64,000 nt of DNA from a bacterium. GTDB lineage: Bacteria > Eisenbacteria > RBG-16-71-46 > CAIMUX01. The DNA lies in NCBI GenBank assembly GCA_030431975.1, contig JAUIHP010000014.1, forward strand, positions 38,235 to 102,234, read 5' to 3'. A program made the position numbers and the translations under genes. Below, one piece after another: positions 1-9,462 of the stretch. Numbering within the stretch: position 1 is the stretch's first letter; each line of letters starts with the position of its first letter. A model generated the notes under the pieces. It worked only from the letters and a program-made list of their open reading frames with translations, searched no databases and had not been told where the DNA came from.

Positions 1-48
1 CGGACGAGCCGAGCGTGGTTTCAGCCGTGAAAGAATCTCGAATCGGTG

Positions 49-1122
49 CTAAGCGGCATCGCGCGTCTTCGAGTCCGGCGCGGCGCCATCTTCCTGGGGC
101 GACGGCTGTGGAGTGGTTTGCTGTTCGGCCGTCGCCGGGATCTCGACGAAGAAGACCGCGCCTTGCTTCGTTCGGTTCTGTGCCCAGATGCGGCCCGCGT
201 GATGGTGGATGATCTCTCTGCAGATCGAAAGTCCCAGCCCGGTTCCACCCGCTCCCGTCGCGGTTCGATTCGACTGGCGGAACGCTTCGAAGATCGTGTC
301 GATCTCGTCCTCTGGGATTCCCACGCCGTGATCCCAGACGCAGATGCGAAGATGTTCGTTCGAGAACGAAGCGATGATCCCAACCGTTGTACCGTCCGGG
401 GTGAAGCGAATCGCGTTGGCGACGATGTTGCGCAGAACCTGAAGCATGCGGGCGCGATCCATGCCGACGGGTAGGGTGATTCGCGAACGCCACTTCAGGC
501 GAATGCGTTTCGCAGCGGCGATCGGCTTCATTTCTTCGACCAGAGTCGAGATCAGAGCGGGTACCTGGCAGCCTTCCAGATCCAGTCGGACCGTTCCGTC
601 CTCGAGCTTGGCCAGGTCGAGCAGGTCGTTGACAAGAGCGAGCTGACGTTTTCCCGAATCGTGGATTCTCTGGAAGTAGCCGGCCAGCTGTTCCTGCGAG
701 GCGGTCCGGACCTTTGCCATTCCGATGGAAGCGAAACTCAGGACACCGTGGAGCGGCGTGCGCAGCTCGTGCGAGACGTTGGCCAGCAACTGTCCCTTGA
801 TCTGGCTGGCTCGCTCGGCGTCGTCCTTGGCTGCTTCCAGTTCAGCCGTACGTTCCTGGACTCGAAGTTCCAGCTCCTCGCCCGCAGCAATGGCTTTGTC
901 GTGGGCGACTTCCAGCTCCTTGACGGTCTCTTCCAACTCGGCCTGAGTTTGAAGCATGACTTTCTTGCTGAAGTTGGAGACGGCTTCGGACGTTTCGGCC
1001 ACGCGCTTCCACTGCCGAGCCTCACGTTCGGCACGCCGGAGCTGCCGCTGCAGTTTCCCAAGCTCGCTAGATTTCTCTGCAGTCAGCCCGCCGATGTCGC
1101 GGCTTTCCCTGGCCGGGTCCAT
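49..1122 (-). CDS. Cytoplasmic sensor histidine kinase (HisKA + HATPase_c), coiled-coil N-terminus, no TM segment
   Basis: H-box LANVSHELRTPL; N, G1 and G2 boxes (NAIRFT, DHGVGI, GAGGTGLGLSI). 10 bp downstream of the FIST gene on the same strand. Confidence 0.85.
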   Translation of the reverse strand: MDPARESRDIGGLTAEKSSELGKLQRQLRRAEREARQWKRVAETSEAVSNFSKKVMLQTQAELEETVKELEVAHDKAIAAGEELELRVQERTAELEAAKDDAERASQIKGQLLANVSHELRTPLHGVLSFASIGMAKVRTASQEQLAGYFQRIHDSGKRQLALVNDLLDLAKLEDGTVRLDLEGCQVPALISTLVEEMKPIAAAKRIRLKWRSRITLPVGMDRARMLQVLRNIVANAIRFTPDGTTVGIIASFSNEHLRICVWDHGVGIPEDEIDTIFEAFRQSNRTATGAGGTGLGLSICREIIHHHAGRIWAQNRTKQGAVFFVEIPATAEQQTTPQPSPQEDGAAPDSKTRDAA

Positions 1123-1131
1123 GGACCGAAA

Positions 1132-2433
1132 CTACTTCCGGCCGAGAAGCACGGTGATACAGGTCTCGTTGTGAAGGATGGCTTCTGAGCCCGGCGCGGT
1201 TGGCGCGATCTCACCGTAGACGTAAAGACCGGCCAGTGGAAAGTCGCAGTCGTCTCCGACCGCTCTTTGCAAAACGTCGATCTCCTCTGCGGCGCGGGTG
1301 CCCAGCACCCATTTGCGCGCGGCGCAACTGAAGAGAAGCCCGATCTCGGGCTTGGGACCGGGGAAGCGCTCGATGGCCTGCTGCATCGAGTTTGTCGAGC
1401 CGGAAAGAATCCCTTCCGGAAGAACCTGCGTCATTCGAACCCAGCTGCCCGGACGGACCTCACCGGCAAAGCGAACCGTTCCGTCCTCGCGGCCCGTGCC
1501 GAGCACGGCGCGCAAGGCATAGTCGCCGTCCGGGTCGTCGAAGACCGCGAGCGGGAACTCGCCGAGGCTTCCGTCCGGAACGTATCCGTAGTTCTTTTCG
1601 TAGACCTCGATGGCTGGGCGTCCCGCGATCTCGGAAACGAGGTGCCCCTCCGAGGCTGTGACCTGATGGGCTTCTCCGATCGGGAACCAACCGGAGGACA
1701 CACCCCAACTCGCTGCAATTTCCCCGAACAGATAGAGCACCGGAAGCGAGTCCTGCAGGACCTGGGTGCCGGCGACTTCGACCATTCTGGAGAACTCCCG
1801 ATGATCGCCCGTAAGCCCGCCGAGGACCGGACAGTTCGGACTGTCGATTCGGTCATTGAGTTGGCGCACGACCTCCGACGCGTTCGTGCTCGGGGCAAAC
1901 GTGGTCAGGACAAGGGCGGGGGCCTCCCGGCCGCTTAGTGGCTTCGAGGCCTCGGCAACTGCGGAATCGATGTCCTTGCTGAGGTTCGTGCCCAAACCGA
2001 TCGCCGCCTCGATGTCGTCGCCGGAAATCAGGGTGAGGACGACCGAGTCCATCTGGAAACCGCCGCTCGAAGAAACCTCCCCGTCGCTGCTCCCACCGAT
2101 CAGTGGAAGCCCCGGCCATTCTTCGTTCAGGGCATCGAGGACGACCTGATGTTCGTACTCGACGGACATGAAGAGGAGTCCGGCCTTGGGAGTCTCCCCT
2201 TCCAGTTGCTCACGGCAGATGCGGATGACTTCCAACGCTGCATCTTTGGCGTCGACCTCGTCACTGTGTCCGACGACTGCACGCATGACTCCCCCTTTGC
2301 GGCTTCCGAAGAGCGGCAAGAATGTCCCTGACGGCTGCACTTTCTTATCGGCGTTCTCGGAGGGGGTTCTGAGACAAAACGGGCGAGCGGCCTTCTGCTG
2401 TAACGGCTTACAGATACCGCAGCCGACAGTCAT
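1132..2433 (-). CDS. FIST-domain signal transduction protein (FIST_N + FIST_C)
   Basis: 433 aa; characteristic FIST N/C-domain sequence features (my recollection). Directly upstream of the histidine kinase. Confidence 0.7.
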   Translation of the reverse strand: MTVGCGICKPLQQKAARPFCLRTPSENADKKVQPSGTFLPLFGSRKGGVMRAVVGHSDEVDAKDAALEVIRICREQLEGETPKAGLLFMSVEYEHQVVLDALNEEWPGLPLIGGSSDGEVSSSGGFQMDSVVLTLISGDDIEAAIGLGTNLSKDIDSAVAEASKPLSGREAPALVLTTFAPSTNASEVVRQLNDRIDSPNCPVLGGLTGDHREFSRMVEVAGTQVLQDSLPVLYLFGEIAASWGVSSGWFPIGEAHQVTASEGHLVSEIAGRPAIEVYEKNYGYVPDGSLGEFPLAVFDDPDGDYALRAVLGTGREDGTVRFAGEVRPGSWVRMTQVLPEGILSGSTNSMQQAIERFPGPKPEIGLLFSCAARKWVLGTRAAEEIDVLQRAVGDDCDFPLAGLYVYGEIAPTAPGSEAILHNETCITVLLGRK

Positions 2434-2496
2434 GCCGACGGCCCGGGGCCGGATGGGTGTGGTGGTGATCGGGAGGCGTGCTCTGCTGGTGGCTCG

Positions 2497-2892
2497 CTAC
2501 GGTCGGGCGGGTTGGCGGGTGGCGACCAGAAGTTGTTCGATCTTCCGTGCGGTCTCCGAAGGCAATTCCGGATGACGGGCCATATCGAGCAGCGCCTGCT
2601 GCGCCGCATTCGGGTTGCCGCGTGACAGCGCGATTCGTGCCGCCATGAGGGAGGCCTCCCACAACGTCGGTTCAATCCGAGTTGCTTCCTGCAGGTGGCG
2701 CAAGGCGCGATTCGCATCCTGCTTTCGCCAGGCCAAGCGGCCCAGGGCGAAGTGCGCATAGGCATCGTTCGGATCGATATCGATGAGCCCGGCAAAAACC
2801 CGCTGCGCCGCATTGTCCTGGCCTTCCAGGATCAGTGAGTAGCCCAGTTCCCGGGCGACGGCCAGTTCGGCGTTTGTCCAGTTGTCCTTCAT
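2497..2892 (-). CDS. TPR protein, T3SS class II chaperone-like (LcrH/SycD or YscY-like)
   Basis: 131 aa, three TPR-like helical hairpins (AYAHFALGRLAWRKQDANRALRHLQEA). Size and pattern of T3SS TPR chaperones; lies downstream of sctU in the same operon. Confidence 0.5.
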   Translation of the reverse strand: MKDNWTNAELAVARELGYSLILEGQDNAAQRVFAGLIDIDPNDAYAHFALGRLAWRKQDANRALRHLQEATRIEPTLWEASLMAARIALSRGNPNAAQQALLDMARHPELPSETARKIEQLLVATRQPARP

Positions 2893-2895
2893 CGG

Positions 2896-3333
2896 TCAGC
2901 CCTTTGTTGCCATGCGCTGAAGCAGGCTTTCACGAGCGCGAAAGAGAACTTCGAGAGTGCGGACCAACTCCCCTCTGGGCCCTTCGCCCCCCGCCGGGTG
3001 ACGGGTCAGCAGTTCCCGATTGGCCGCGTGCAGTTCCGTCGCGTTCCAGCTGCGAGTTCTTCCCTCGGGAAGCGGCGGCGGGGGAAGGAAGCGATCCCCG
3101 CGTTCTGCATCGAGGGCGTTCCGGACAAGCCCGCGCCGGGAGGGGACGCGCATGTCCCGAAGGATGCGGTCCATCTGGGTCTTCAGGGACTCGAGACCGG
3201 CGACCTCCTCGTAGAGCGCCTTGGAGACCGACGTTCCGGCGTGGGATCGATTCGGCGTTGCGACATCGGAAGCAAGGTCCGGTCGCGATTGCATCCCGGT
3301 CGATCGTGCAGATGTCGGTTCGATTTTGGACAT
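2896..3333 (-). CDS. Hypothetical 145-aa protein in T3SS operon (possible SctX-like substrate partner of the adjacent TPR chaperone)
   Basis: ORF tightly packed between sctU and the TPR gene (4 bp gap); no recognisable domain. The small-protein + TPR pairing resembles yscX-yscY. Confidence 0.4.
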   Translation of the reverse strand: MSKIEPTSARSTGMQSRPDLASDVATPNRSHAGTSVSKALYEEVAGLESLKTQMDRILRDMRVPSRRGLVRNALDAERGDRFLPPPPLPEGRTRSWNATELHAANRELLTRHPAGGEGPRGELVRTLEVLFRARESLLQRMATKG

Positions 3334-3384
3334 AGGTCGTCTCCGTTCTCAATCGTTTGGGAGGGCACCGGCCCCACGTCGGCT

Positions 3385-4446
3385 TCAGCCCTGCTTCTGT
3401 TCGTAGACCCAGTTCAACACGCTCGCGACCGCGGCGTAGAGGTCCTCGGGAATGTCGTCACCCACCTCCAGTTGGATGAGGGCATGTGCCAACGGGACAC
3501 TACGCATGATCGGGATTCGGTACTGCCGCGCGACCTCGCGGATCTGTTCCGCCACGAGGCGTTGGCCTTTGGCCATGACCTGCGGCGCCCGCATCTTTCC
3601 CTTCTCGTACTTGATGGCGATGGCCAGATGGGTCGGGTTGACGATGACGACATCCGCGTTCTTCACATTCTCGACCATGCTGTGCTGCAGGATCTCGGTG
3701 TGCATCCGTTTGCGGTGACCTTTGTACTCCGGGTCGCCTTCCTGCTGCTTGTGCTCGCGTTTGACTTCGTCTTTGGACATCTTGAGCTTCTTGATGTGCT
3801 GCCACCGTTGGATGAAGACGTCGACGGCGCCAATGACGATGAAGACAAGTCCGATTCGCAGCGTGAGGTCCTTGATCAGGTCGCCGGTGAGAACTCGACT
3901 CTTCTCGAGGGAATGGCGGACCGTCAGTGCAACGTCCCGGACCTGCTCGTTGAGTACGACGTAGACGAAGACTCCGACGATGATGATCTTGAGGATCGAC
4001 TTCGCCAACTCGATGTAGGTCTGAGCCGAGAAGAACTTGTTCTTGGCTCCTTTGATCGGGTCGAGTTTGCTGAGCTGCGCCTTCATCGGCTCTCCCGTGA
4101 AGAGAGGGCCCACCTGGGCGAAGGCGACGAGTCCCCCGAAGACGAAGGCGACGGCCAGGAACGGGCCGATGACCTGAAACATCACGTCGAGCGAAGTCTT
4201 CAGAAGCTCGAACGCGGAGTCCGGTGTCAACGGAGGCGCCACGATCGACTGTCCGAGGTAGTCAACCATGTGGTCCGAGAGCAGCTGCATGGTGCGGCCG
4301 CCCTGAAAGACCAGGGTCATACTCAAGGCCAGAAACGAAAGAGCCATGGTCAGGTCCTGGCTCTTGGCGACCTGTCCCTTCTGTCGCGAATCGCGCAGTT
4401 TCTTGGGTGTGGGTTGTTCTGTTTTTTCGCCGCTGCTCTCAGCCAT
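3385..4446 (-). CDS. sctU: Type III secretion export apparatus switch protein SctU (FlhB/YscU family)
   Basis: N-terminus EKTEQPTPKKLRDSRQKGQVAKS as in FlhB/YscU; four TM helices; NPTH autocleavage motif (VIVNPTHLAIAIKYE). Confidence 0.92.
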   Translation of the reverse strand: MAESSGEKTEQPTPKKLRDSRQKGQVAKSQDLTMALSFLALSMTLVFQGGRTMQLLSDHMVDYLGQSIVAPPLTPDSAFELLKTSLDVMFQVIGPFLAVAFVFGGLVAFAQVGPLFTGEPMKAQLSKLDPIKGAKNKFFSAQTYIELAKSILKIIIVGVFVYVVLNEQVRDVALTVRHSLEKSRVLTGDLIKDLTLRIGLVFIVIGAVDVFIQRWQHIKKLKMSKDEVKREHKQQEGDPEYKGHRKRMHTEILQHSMVENVKNADVVIVNPTHLAIAIKYEKGKMRAPQVMAKGQRLVAEQIREVARQYRIPIMRSVPLAHALIQLEVGDDIPEDLYAAVASVLNWVYEQKQG

Positions 4447-4472
4447 CTTTCTTTCCTCGCGCCCGGGACGCG

Positions 4473-5297
4473 CTAGCTTCCGGTGTATCCGATGAAGCGG
4501 TAGAAGCTGATGAGCATCTCACGGCCGTAGAGGTCGAACTGGTCCATGAGGACGCGCATGACGAGCAGGACCATGAAGACACCGATGGCGACCTTGGCCG
4601 GCTGCGAGACGACGAAGACGTTGATCTGCGGTGACGCCCGATTGATGATGCCGAACCCGACGTCGGTCAGAAAGAGCGCGATCAGGGCCGGCGCGGACAG
4701 CTGCACCGCGATAACGAGCACGTCCGCGGAGAGCCGGGCCAGCTCACGAAGAATGGGCGCCGGTCCGTCGGCAAAAGCGGGGAACTCCGTCACCGGCAGC
4801 ACCTCGAAGCTCGTGAAGAATCCTTTCAGAAAGACGAGATGGCCCCCCGCGATGAGAAAGAGAACGATCGCGGTCTGCGTGTAGAGCTGTCCGAACACCG
4901 AAGTCCGTTCCTTGATCTGAAAGACCATGGTCTCGGCCATGTTCGTGCCGCGTTGCGTGTCGACGAGGCGGCCTGCCGCGGAGAAGCCCGCGAAGATAAG
5001 TCCTGAGATCCAACCCAACGTCGCCCCGATGGCGAGTTCCTTGACCAGCAGATAGAAGTAGGGAAGCCCGGTCGGAATCGTGTCCCCGTTCGTCGATCCG
5101 AGAAGGGGCAGCAGAAGAACGATGAACGTAAACGATGTCGCCATCTTGACCGGTCCGGGAACGACCTGTCCTCCGAGAAACGGATTGAAGAAGAGGACGA
5201 GCATGGAACGCGCAAAGACGAGGGCCGCGAGCTGGATCAGCTCAGTGGGCGCGAGTGCGAACCCGAGCGATTGGTACCACTGGTCCAGCAACGTCAA
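4473..5297 (-). CDS. sctT: Type III secretion export apparatus protein SctT (FliR/YscT family)
   Basis: Multi-TM FliR-like sequence. Start re-assigned to TTG at 5297-5295, which overlaps the sctS stop (TTGA) and implies translational coupling; the longer ORF (to 5366) would overlap sctS by 72 bp. Confidence 0.85.
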   Translation of the reverse strand: MTLLDQWYQSLGFALAPTELIQLAALVFARSMLVLFFNPFLGGQVVPGPVKMATSFTFIVLLLPLLGSTNGDTIPTGLPYFYLLVKELAIGATLGWISGLIFAGFSAAGRLVDTQRGTNMAETMVFQIKERTSVFGQLYTQTAIVLFLIAGGHLVFLKGFFTSFEVLPVTEFPAFADGPAPILRELARLSADVLVIAVQLSAPALIALFLTDVGFGIINRASPQINVFVVSQPAKVAIGVFMVLLVMRVLMDQFDLYGREMLISFYRFIGYTGS

Positions 5298-5566
5298 CCG
5301 CCTGCGATCCGGGGAATCAGAGAATAGACCCGCTGAGTGAAAACGACGAGCTGAGAGACCAACCACGGCCCGGTCAGAGCCAAGGCGAGAAACGTGACGA
5401 CGATCTTGGGAACGAAGGTCAGCGTCTGCTCCTGGATCTGCGTCGTGGCCTGAAAGACGGAGATGAGAAGCCCGATGCCGAGACTTGCGATCAACGCCGG
5501 CCCCGAGATGAGAAGGATGAGGACGAGCGTCTCGTTCAGCAGTTTGAAGATGAATCCGGTGTCCAT
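5294..5566 (-). CDS. sctS: Type III secretion export apparatus protein SctS (FliQ/YscS family)
   Basis: 90 aa, two TM helices, typical FliQ sequence (LLISGPALIASLGIGLLISVFQATTQIQEQTLTFVPKI). Confidence 0.92.
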   Translation of the reverse strand: MDTGFIFKLLNETLVLILLISGPALIASLGIGLLISVFQATTQIQEQTLTFVPKIVVTFLALALTGPWLVSQLVVFTQRVYSLIPRIAGG

Positions 5567-5584
5567 GTCACTCTCCTGATCCGG

Positions 5585-6430
5585 CTAGAGATAGCCGAGA
5601 ATCAAACCTTCCACGATGAGGAACCAACCATCGACCAGAACGAAGAGCAGCAGCTTGAAGGGCAGTGCGATTGTCGTCGGTGAGAGCATCATCATTCCAA
5701 GGGCAAGCAGGATGTTCGACACGACCATGTCGATGATGAGGAACGGGATGAAGATGATGAACCCGATCTGGAACGCCTCTTTCAGTTCACTGAGGACAAA
5801 GGCCGGGATCAGTACCTGAAAGCTGCTCGGATCGACCGGTCGGGTCGGATCGTTGGCCAGCCTCTGCGCAAGCTCGACGAAGAGCAGCCGTTCCTTGTCG
5901 TGAGTGTGCACGTCAAGGAAGTCCCGCAAAGGCTCCCGCCCGGTCTTGGCGCCGTCGATCAGAGCTTTCACGTTCTGTTCGCTGAAGATCTTGGCCGAGG
6001 ACTGTCCGTCGAGACCCGTCGCGTCGTAGATCTTCTGTGCCGTCGGGATCATGACGAAGATGGTCAGAACGAAGGCCAGTCCCGTCACGACCTGATTTGG
6101 TGGAATCTGCTGCGTCCCGAGCGCGTTGCGAACGATGGAGAGAACGACCGAGATCTTTACGAACGAGGTCAGCATGATGAGGATGAAGGGCGCGAGAGAG
6201 AGTGCGCCCATGATGACGACGAGCGTGATCGGACTGGACTGGCCGGTCTGCGCGAAGGCCGCCTCTGGGACCGCAAGGAGTACGCAGAGTGCGGCCAGGA
6301 CGGCGGTCCATCGCCCGGCCCGGGCGAGGCCACGGGTCACACTTCGCAGGCCCGCTCCGGACGGAACCTTTGCCGTCTTCGACTGCGATCTATGGACCGA
6401 TTCAGGCCCAATCAGGGCTGGGTTCCGCAT
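5585..6430 (-). CDS. sctR: Type III secretion export apparatus protein SctR (FliP/YscR family) with signal peptide
   Basis: FliP signature regions (PFILIMLTSFVKISVVLSIVRNALGTQQIPPNQV; FQIGFIIFIPFLIIDMVVSNILLALGMMMLSP). Start placed at ATG 6430 with an AGGAG RBS, giving a cleavable signal peptide (AVLAALCVLLAVPEAAFAQ). The ORF extends to 6568 but that N-extension is unlikely. Confidence 0.9.
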   Translation of the reverse strand: MRNPALIGPESVHRSQSKTAKVPSGAGLRSVTRGLARAGRWTAVLAALCVLLAVPEAAFAQTGQSSPITLVVIMGALSLAPFILIMLTSFVKISVVLSIVRNALGTQQIPPNQVVTGLAFVLTIFVMIPTAQKIYDATGLDGQSSAKIFSEQNVKALIDGAKTGREPLRDFLDVHTHDKERLLFVELAQRLANDPTRPVDPSSFQVLIPAFVLSELKEAFQIGFIIFIPFLIIDMVVSNILLALGMMMLSPTTIALPFKLLLFVLVDGWFLIVEGLILGYL

Positions 6431-6443
6431 CCTTTCAGGACTC

Positions 6444-6845
6444 CTATTCCTCGTCCTCCAAGTCCGCAGCTCGTGCTGCGGGCTTGGTGTCTTCCAAAAC
6501 ATCCAACAAACGAACCTGTTGATCCGTGACTCCAAGGACGTACTCGCGCGACCCGGACCGGACGACACAAACGGAACGTCGACCGCCGAGGTGAAGCTGC
6601 TCGACCATCTCCAGTCTTCCCTTGCCGACCAGACGCCCTCCGAGGAACTTCGGAAGGACCCACTTGATCACCGCGTAGATGATGAAGCTGATCAGCGCCA
6701 GATAGAGCACGGTCTGGATCAGGGTTCCGAGCGGATCGATTTCCCGAAGACCCGGACCGAGCGACGACTCGAGAGAATCCGCGCTGACCTGGGCCCAGGC
6801 CGATCCGAAGACCATCGGGGCAATGCCTGTCACCACAATTGCCAT
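6444..6845 (-). CDS. FliO-like single-pass membrane protein between sctQ and sctR (flagellar-type export-gate assembly factor)
   Basis: TM helix (LIQTVLYLALISFIIYAVIKWVL) followed by GRLEMVEQLHLGGRRSVCVVRSGSREYVLGVTDQQVRLLDVL. This matches the FliO pattern (…ERVVVVDV.D.RLVLGVT..QINLL) and FliO's gene position. Start uncertain; the ORF runs to 7079 through a low-complexity region. Confidence 0.6.
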   Translation of the reverse strand: MAIVVTGIAPMVFGSAWAQVSADSLESSLGPGLREIDPLGTLIQTVLYLALISFIIYAVIKWVLPKFLGGRLVGKGRLEMVEQLHLGGRRSVCVVRSGSREYVLGVTDQQVRLLDVLEDTKPAARAADLEDEE

Positions 6846-6978
6846 CACAGTGCGGAGGGTCGCACCGGCGAGGGCGGCGACATCCACGGCGCCTGTAGCG
6901 ATGCTCGAACCGGTGTCGCCAGTCGCGGCTGCGGAGGTTTCCGAAGCGCCGTCCGCAGCGTCTTTCGGGGACCGTGGC

Positions 6979-8412
6979 CTAGGTGAGCTCGGCAATGCGT
7001 ACGCCCAACTCACCGTCGACCTTGACCAGATCTCCGACACCGATGACGCGGTCTTCGACGACCAGGGAAACCGGCGCACTGGGATCCCGTCCCATCTCGA
7101 TTACGGATCCCGGACTCAGCTGAGCCAGTTCACGAAGGGTCAACCGGATCCGGCCGAGCTCGACACGAACGGTGACCGGGGTCTCTTCCGCGACCTGGCG
7201 ACCCGCGCCGGACGTGTCACCGGGCGCCGTATCGCCCGGATGCGTCGACTCCGGATCCGGACCGGTGTTTTGCGAAGTGTCATTCATGATCTTTGCCTCC
7301 GATTCTTCGGCGTGACGACCCGGTACGATCGATTCGATGCGAACGCGCAAGGTCTCCGCGTCGTCCTCGATCTGAGTCTGCAGGCGAACGAGTCCGTCCT
7401 GTGAATGCGCGAGCGGCAACTCGCCGCTCAGGTGTTGGCCGTCCCACTGGAAGTTTCCGGTGTCGAAAAGAAGAATGTCTGTCGGTTCCAGACGCTCGAT
7501 GTCACCGAGGGTGAGGGCCGCGGCTCCCAGTCGTCCCCGAAACTCCACCGGGTAGGATCCAAGGGTTCGGAACCAGTGGTCCGAGCGCGAACGGCGACCC
7601 ATTTGGTCGCCCGCGGAAATCTGTCCGGACTTGCGGGCGTTGCTCAAAGCGCGCCACGGGACGGCCAGACGGAACGGAAGGGAAAGTTCGGCGACGACGA
7701 GAACGCCGGATACGGTGTACCAGTCCTTCTTGCCGCCATTGCCCCAATCCAAAGGAGCGTTTTCGCTGGCAACATCGAGAACGGTGATCGGCATCCACGG
7801 CGCCAATAGCTGCGACCTCTCGGAAACGCCCGCCGCGATTCGCTCGGCAAAGAAGGCGAGCACTCCCTTTTCGACGGTGGAGATAAGGTCGGAAGCGCCG
7901 AGACGTTCCGGTGCGACATCGACGACCGCACCGACGATGGAGCGGACGGCAGCCAAGGGCATTTCGAAAACGGCACGCAGGTCGGGTTGTCCGAGTCCGT
8001 AGTGAACCCGTACGGAGTGCGGTCCTCCGTCCCAGGGATCGGATTCGGCCGGACCGTGTCGACGGATGTGGACGAACTCGTCGACGGAGGACGGCGCGCC
8101 CGAGAGGCCGCCCTGCATCGGAACGGTCATCCCCAGAGTGTCCGCCGTCGTCTCGGGACTCTTGGACGACGGGGCCGTCGAGCTTGCGGCCCGGGAGGCC
8201 AGGCTTGCTTCCGGTCGTTGAAGTCTTTGCAGAGTGATCCCAACCGCTCTACGCAGTTGACGGAAGGCTTCCGGGCCGGGGAGGACCCGCGAAAGCTCCT
8301 GCATGGCGTCGACTTCCGTCCGCGAAAGCTCGGGGATGTCTTCAAAGCGATAAGGCTGGGCGCTCATCGTTGCGGCGGTGTCTCCGCGATGCTCCTTCCA
8401 CGTTACGACCAT
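6979..8412 (-). CDS. sctQ: T3SS cytoplasmic-ring / sorting-platform protein SctQ (FliM/FliN-YscQ family, C-terminal SpoA domain)
   Basis: C-terminal SpoA/FliN motif (TVRVELGRIRLTLRELAQLSPGSVIEMGRDPSAPVSLVVEDRVIGVGDLVKVDGELGVRIAELT). 477 aa; alternative start at 8367. Confidence 0.85.
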   Translation of the reverse strand: MVVTWKEHRGDTAATMSAQPYRFEDIPELSRTEVDAMQELSRVLPGPEAFRQLRRAVGITLQRLQRPEASLASRAASSTAPSSKSPETTADTLGMTVPMQGGLSGAPSSVDEFVHIRRHGPAESDPWDGGPHSVRVHYGLGQPDLRAVFEMPLAAVRSIVGAVVDVAPERLGASDLISTVEKGVLAFFAERIAAGVSERSQLLAPWMPITVLDVASENAPLDWGNGGKKDWYTVSGVLVVAELSLPFRLAVPWRALSNARKSGQISAGDQMGRRSRSDHWFRTLGSYPVEFRGRLGAAALTLGDIERLEPTDILLFDTGNFQWDGQHLSGELPLAHSQDGLVRLQTQIEDDAETLRVRIESIVPGRHAEESEAKIMNDTSQNTGPDPESTHPGDTAPGDTSGAGRQVAEETPVTVRVELGRIRLTLRELAQLSPGSVIEMGRDPSAPVSLVVEDRVIGVGDLVKVDGELGVRIAELT

Positions 8413-8424
8413 GGGTCACAAGCC

Positions 8425-9462
8425 CTAGAGACTATAGTCGGTTCGGCTGCCACGCGAGCGCGAACCGGCCGGGCCGGAAGGGTTTCGGTTCGAGGAGTTT
8501 CCGGCCGTCGGATCCGTGCCGGCGTAGCGCCCGCTGCGGGGATCGTAGTACGGATCCTGGGCGGGGTCCGCGAGCGGATCGGCGTACGGGTCCGCGTGAG
8601 GATCTTCGTCGGGGTTGGACTGACCTTCGCCTTGCGCACCCCCGCCGGAGTTGCGGAAGGCCTCCGCGTCCTGGACCTCGACGCGGACCTCGTTGACTTT
8701 CAAGCCCTGTGACTCCAGCCGGCGCACCAGGTCACCCATCTGGGCTTCGAGTGCGGCCTTGGTCGCGTATTGGCCAACCTCGAAGACGGCCTCCAGGCCC
8801 ATCGGGCCGGAGCTCATCTTGACTCCCATTCCGCCCATGACCGAGCCCTTGAGGTCCATCTGCACTTCCGTCGCGCCGGTGCGGTTCTGGCCGACCCGGA
8901 AGGCTTCGACCATCTTCGACATCACGGTCTTGAGATCGTGCGGAGGAATCGCGTTTCCGTTCTTGGACGGGGCCTGGGCCGACTCCGGCTTTTGGACGTT
9001 CTTGGCGGACTCGGCGGCGGCCGCGGAAGAGTCCGAGTCCTTCGAGGAATCCTCGACTCGGTCTGCCTCTCGCGCACCGTTTCGGGAGTCTGCCTCAGCT
9101 GGGCTGGCTGCGCTGGCCGGGTTCGCGGAGGACGAAGTCGAACGGTGTGACTCGGCCCGGGTCGAAACCTCTTCGGCCGCGCGACTGCCGAGAGCTAGGT
9201 CGAGGTCCGACCCGGAGCCGAGTCCGGCGGGGGAGCCGGACGATCCCGCCGAGAGTCCGTGTGAAAGCGATTTCGAGCCGACCGGCCCGCGAGCGAAACC
9301 GGGGGAGGAACCCGGGCCCTTTCCCGACGTCGAACCTTCGGCTTCGTCCTCTTCGCCGCCGACCAGGAAGTCGTCGAAGCTCTTGCTGCTCTTCTCCTTG
9401 GCGGATTCCGGACGGGGTCGGTCCGGAAGGTTGTGAGGGCGATGATTGTCGATCCGCGTCAT
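8425..9462 (-). CDS. sctP: Needle/hook length-control protein SctP (FliK/YscP family, T3S4 / Flg_hook C-terminal domain); S/G/A/P-rich low complexity
   Basis: C-terminal region (ATEVQMDLKGSVMGGMGVKMSSGPMGLEAVFEVGQYATKAALEAQMGDLVRRLESQGLKVNEVRVEV) resembles the FliK/YscP T3S4 domain; the rest is long and disordered. Start placed at ATG 9462 with a GAGGAA RBS; the ORF extends to 9570. Confidence 0.6.
   Translation of the reverse strand: MTRIDNHRPHNLPDRPRPESAKEKSSKSFDDFLVGGEEDEAEGSTSGKGPGSSPGFARGPVGSKSLSHGLSAGSSGSPAGLGSGSDLDLALGSRAAEEVSTRAESHRSTSSSANPASAASPAEADSRNGAREADRVEDSSKDSDSSAAAAESAKNVQKPESAQAPSKNGNAIPPHDLKTVMSKMVEAFRVGQNRTGATEVQMDLKGSVMGGMGVKMSSGPMGLEAVFEVGQYATKAALEAQMGDLVRRLESQGLKVNEVRVEVQDAEAFRNSGGGAQGEGQSNPDEDPHADPYADPLADPAQDPYYDPRSGRYAGTDPTAGNSSNRNPSGPAGSRSRGSRTDYSL

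Noticed and set aside
2998-4476. 492-aa plus-strand ORF
   Set aside because: Antisense to the well-supported sctU gene; Arg/Gly-rich translation typical of spurious high-GC ORFs; no domain features.
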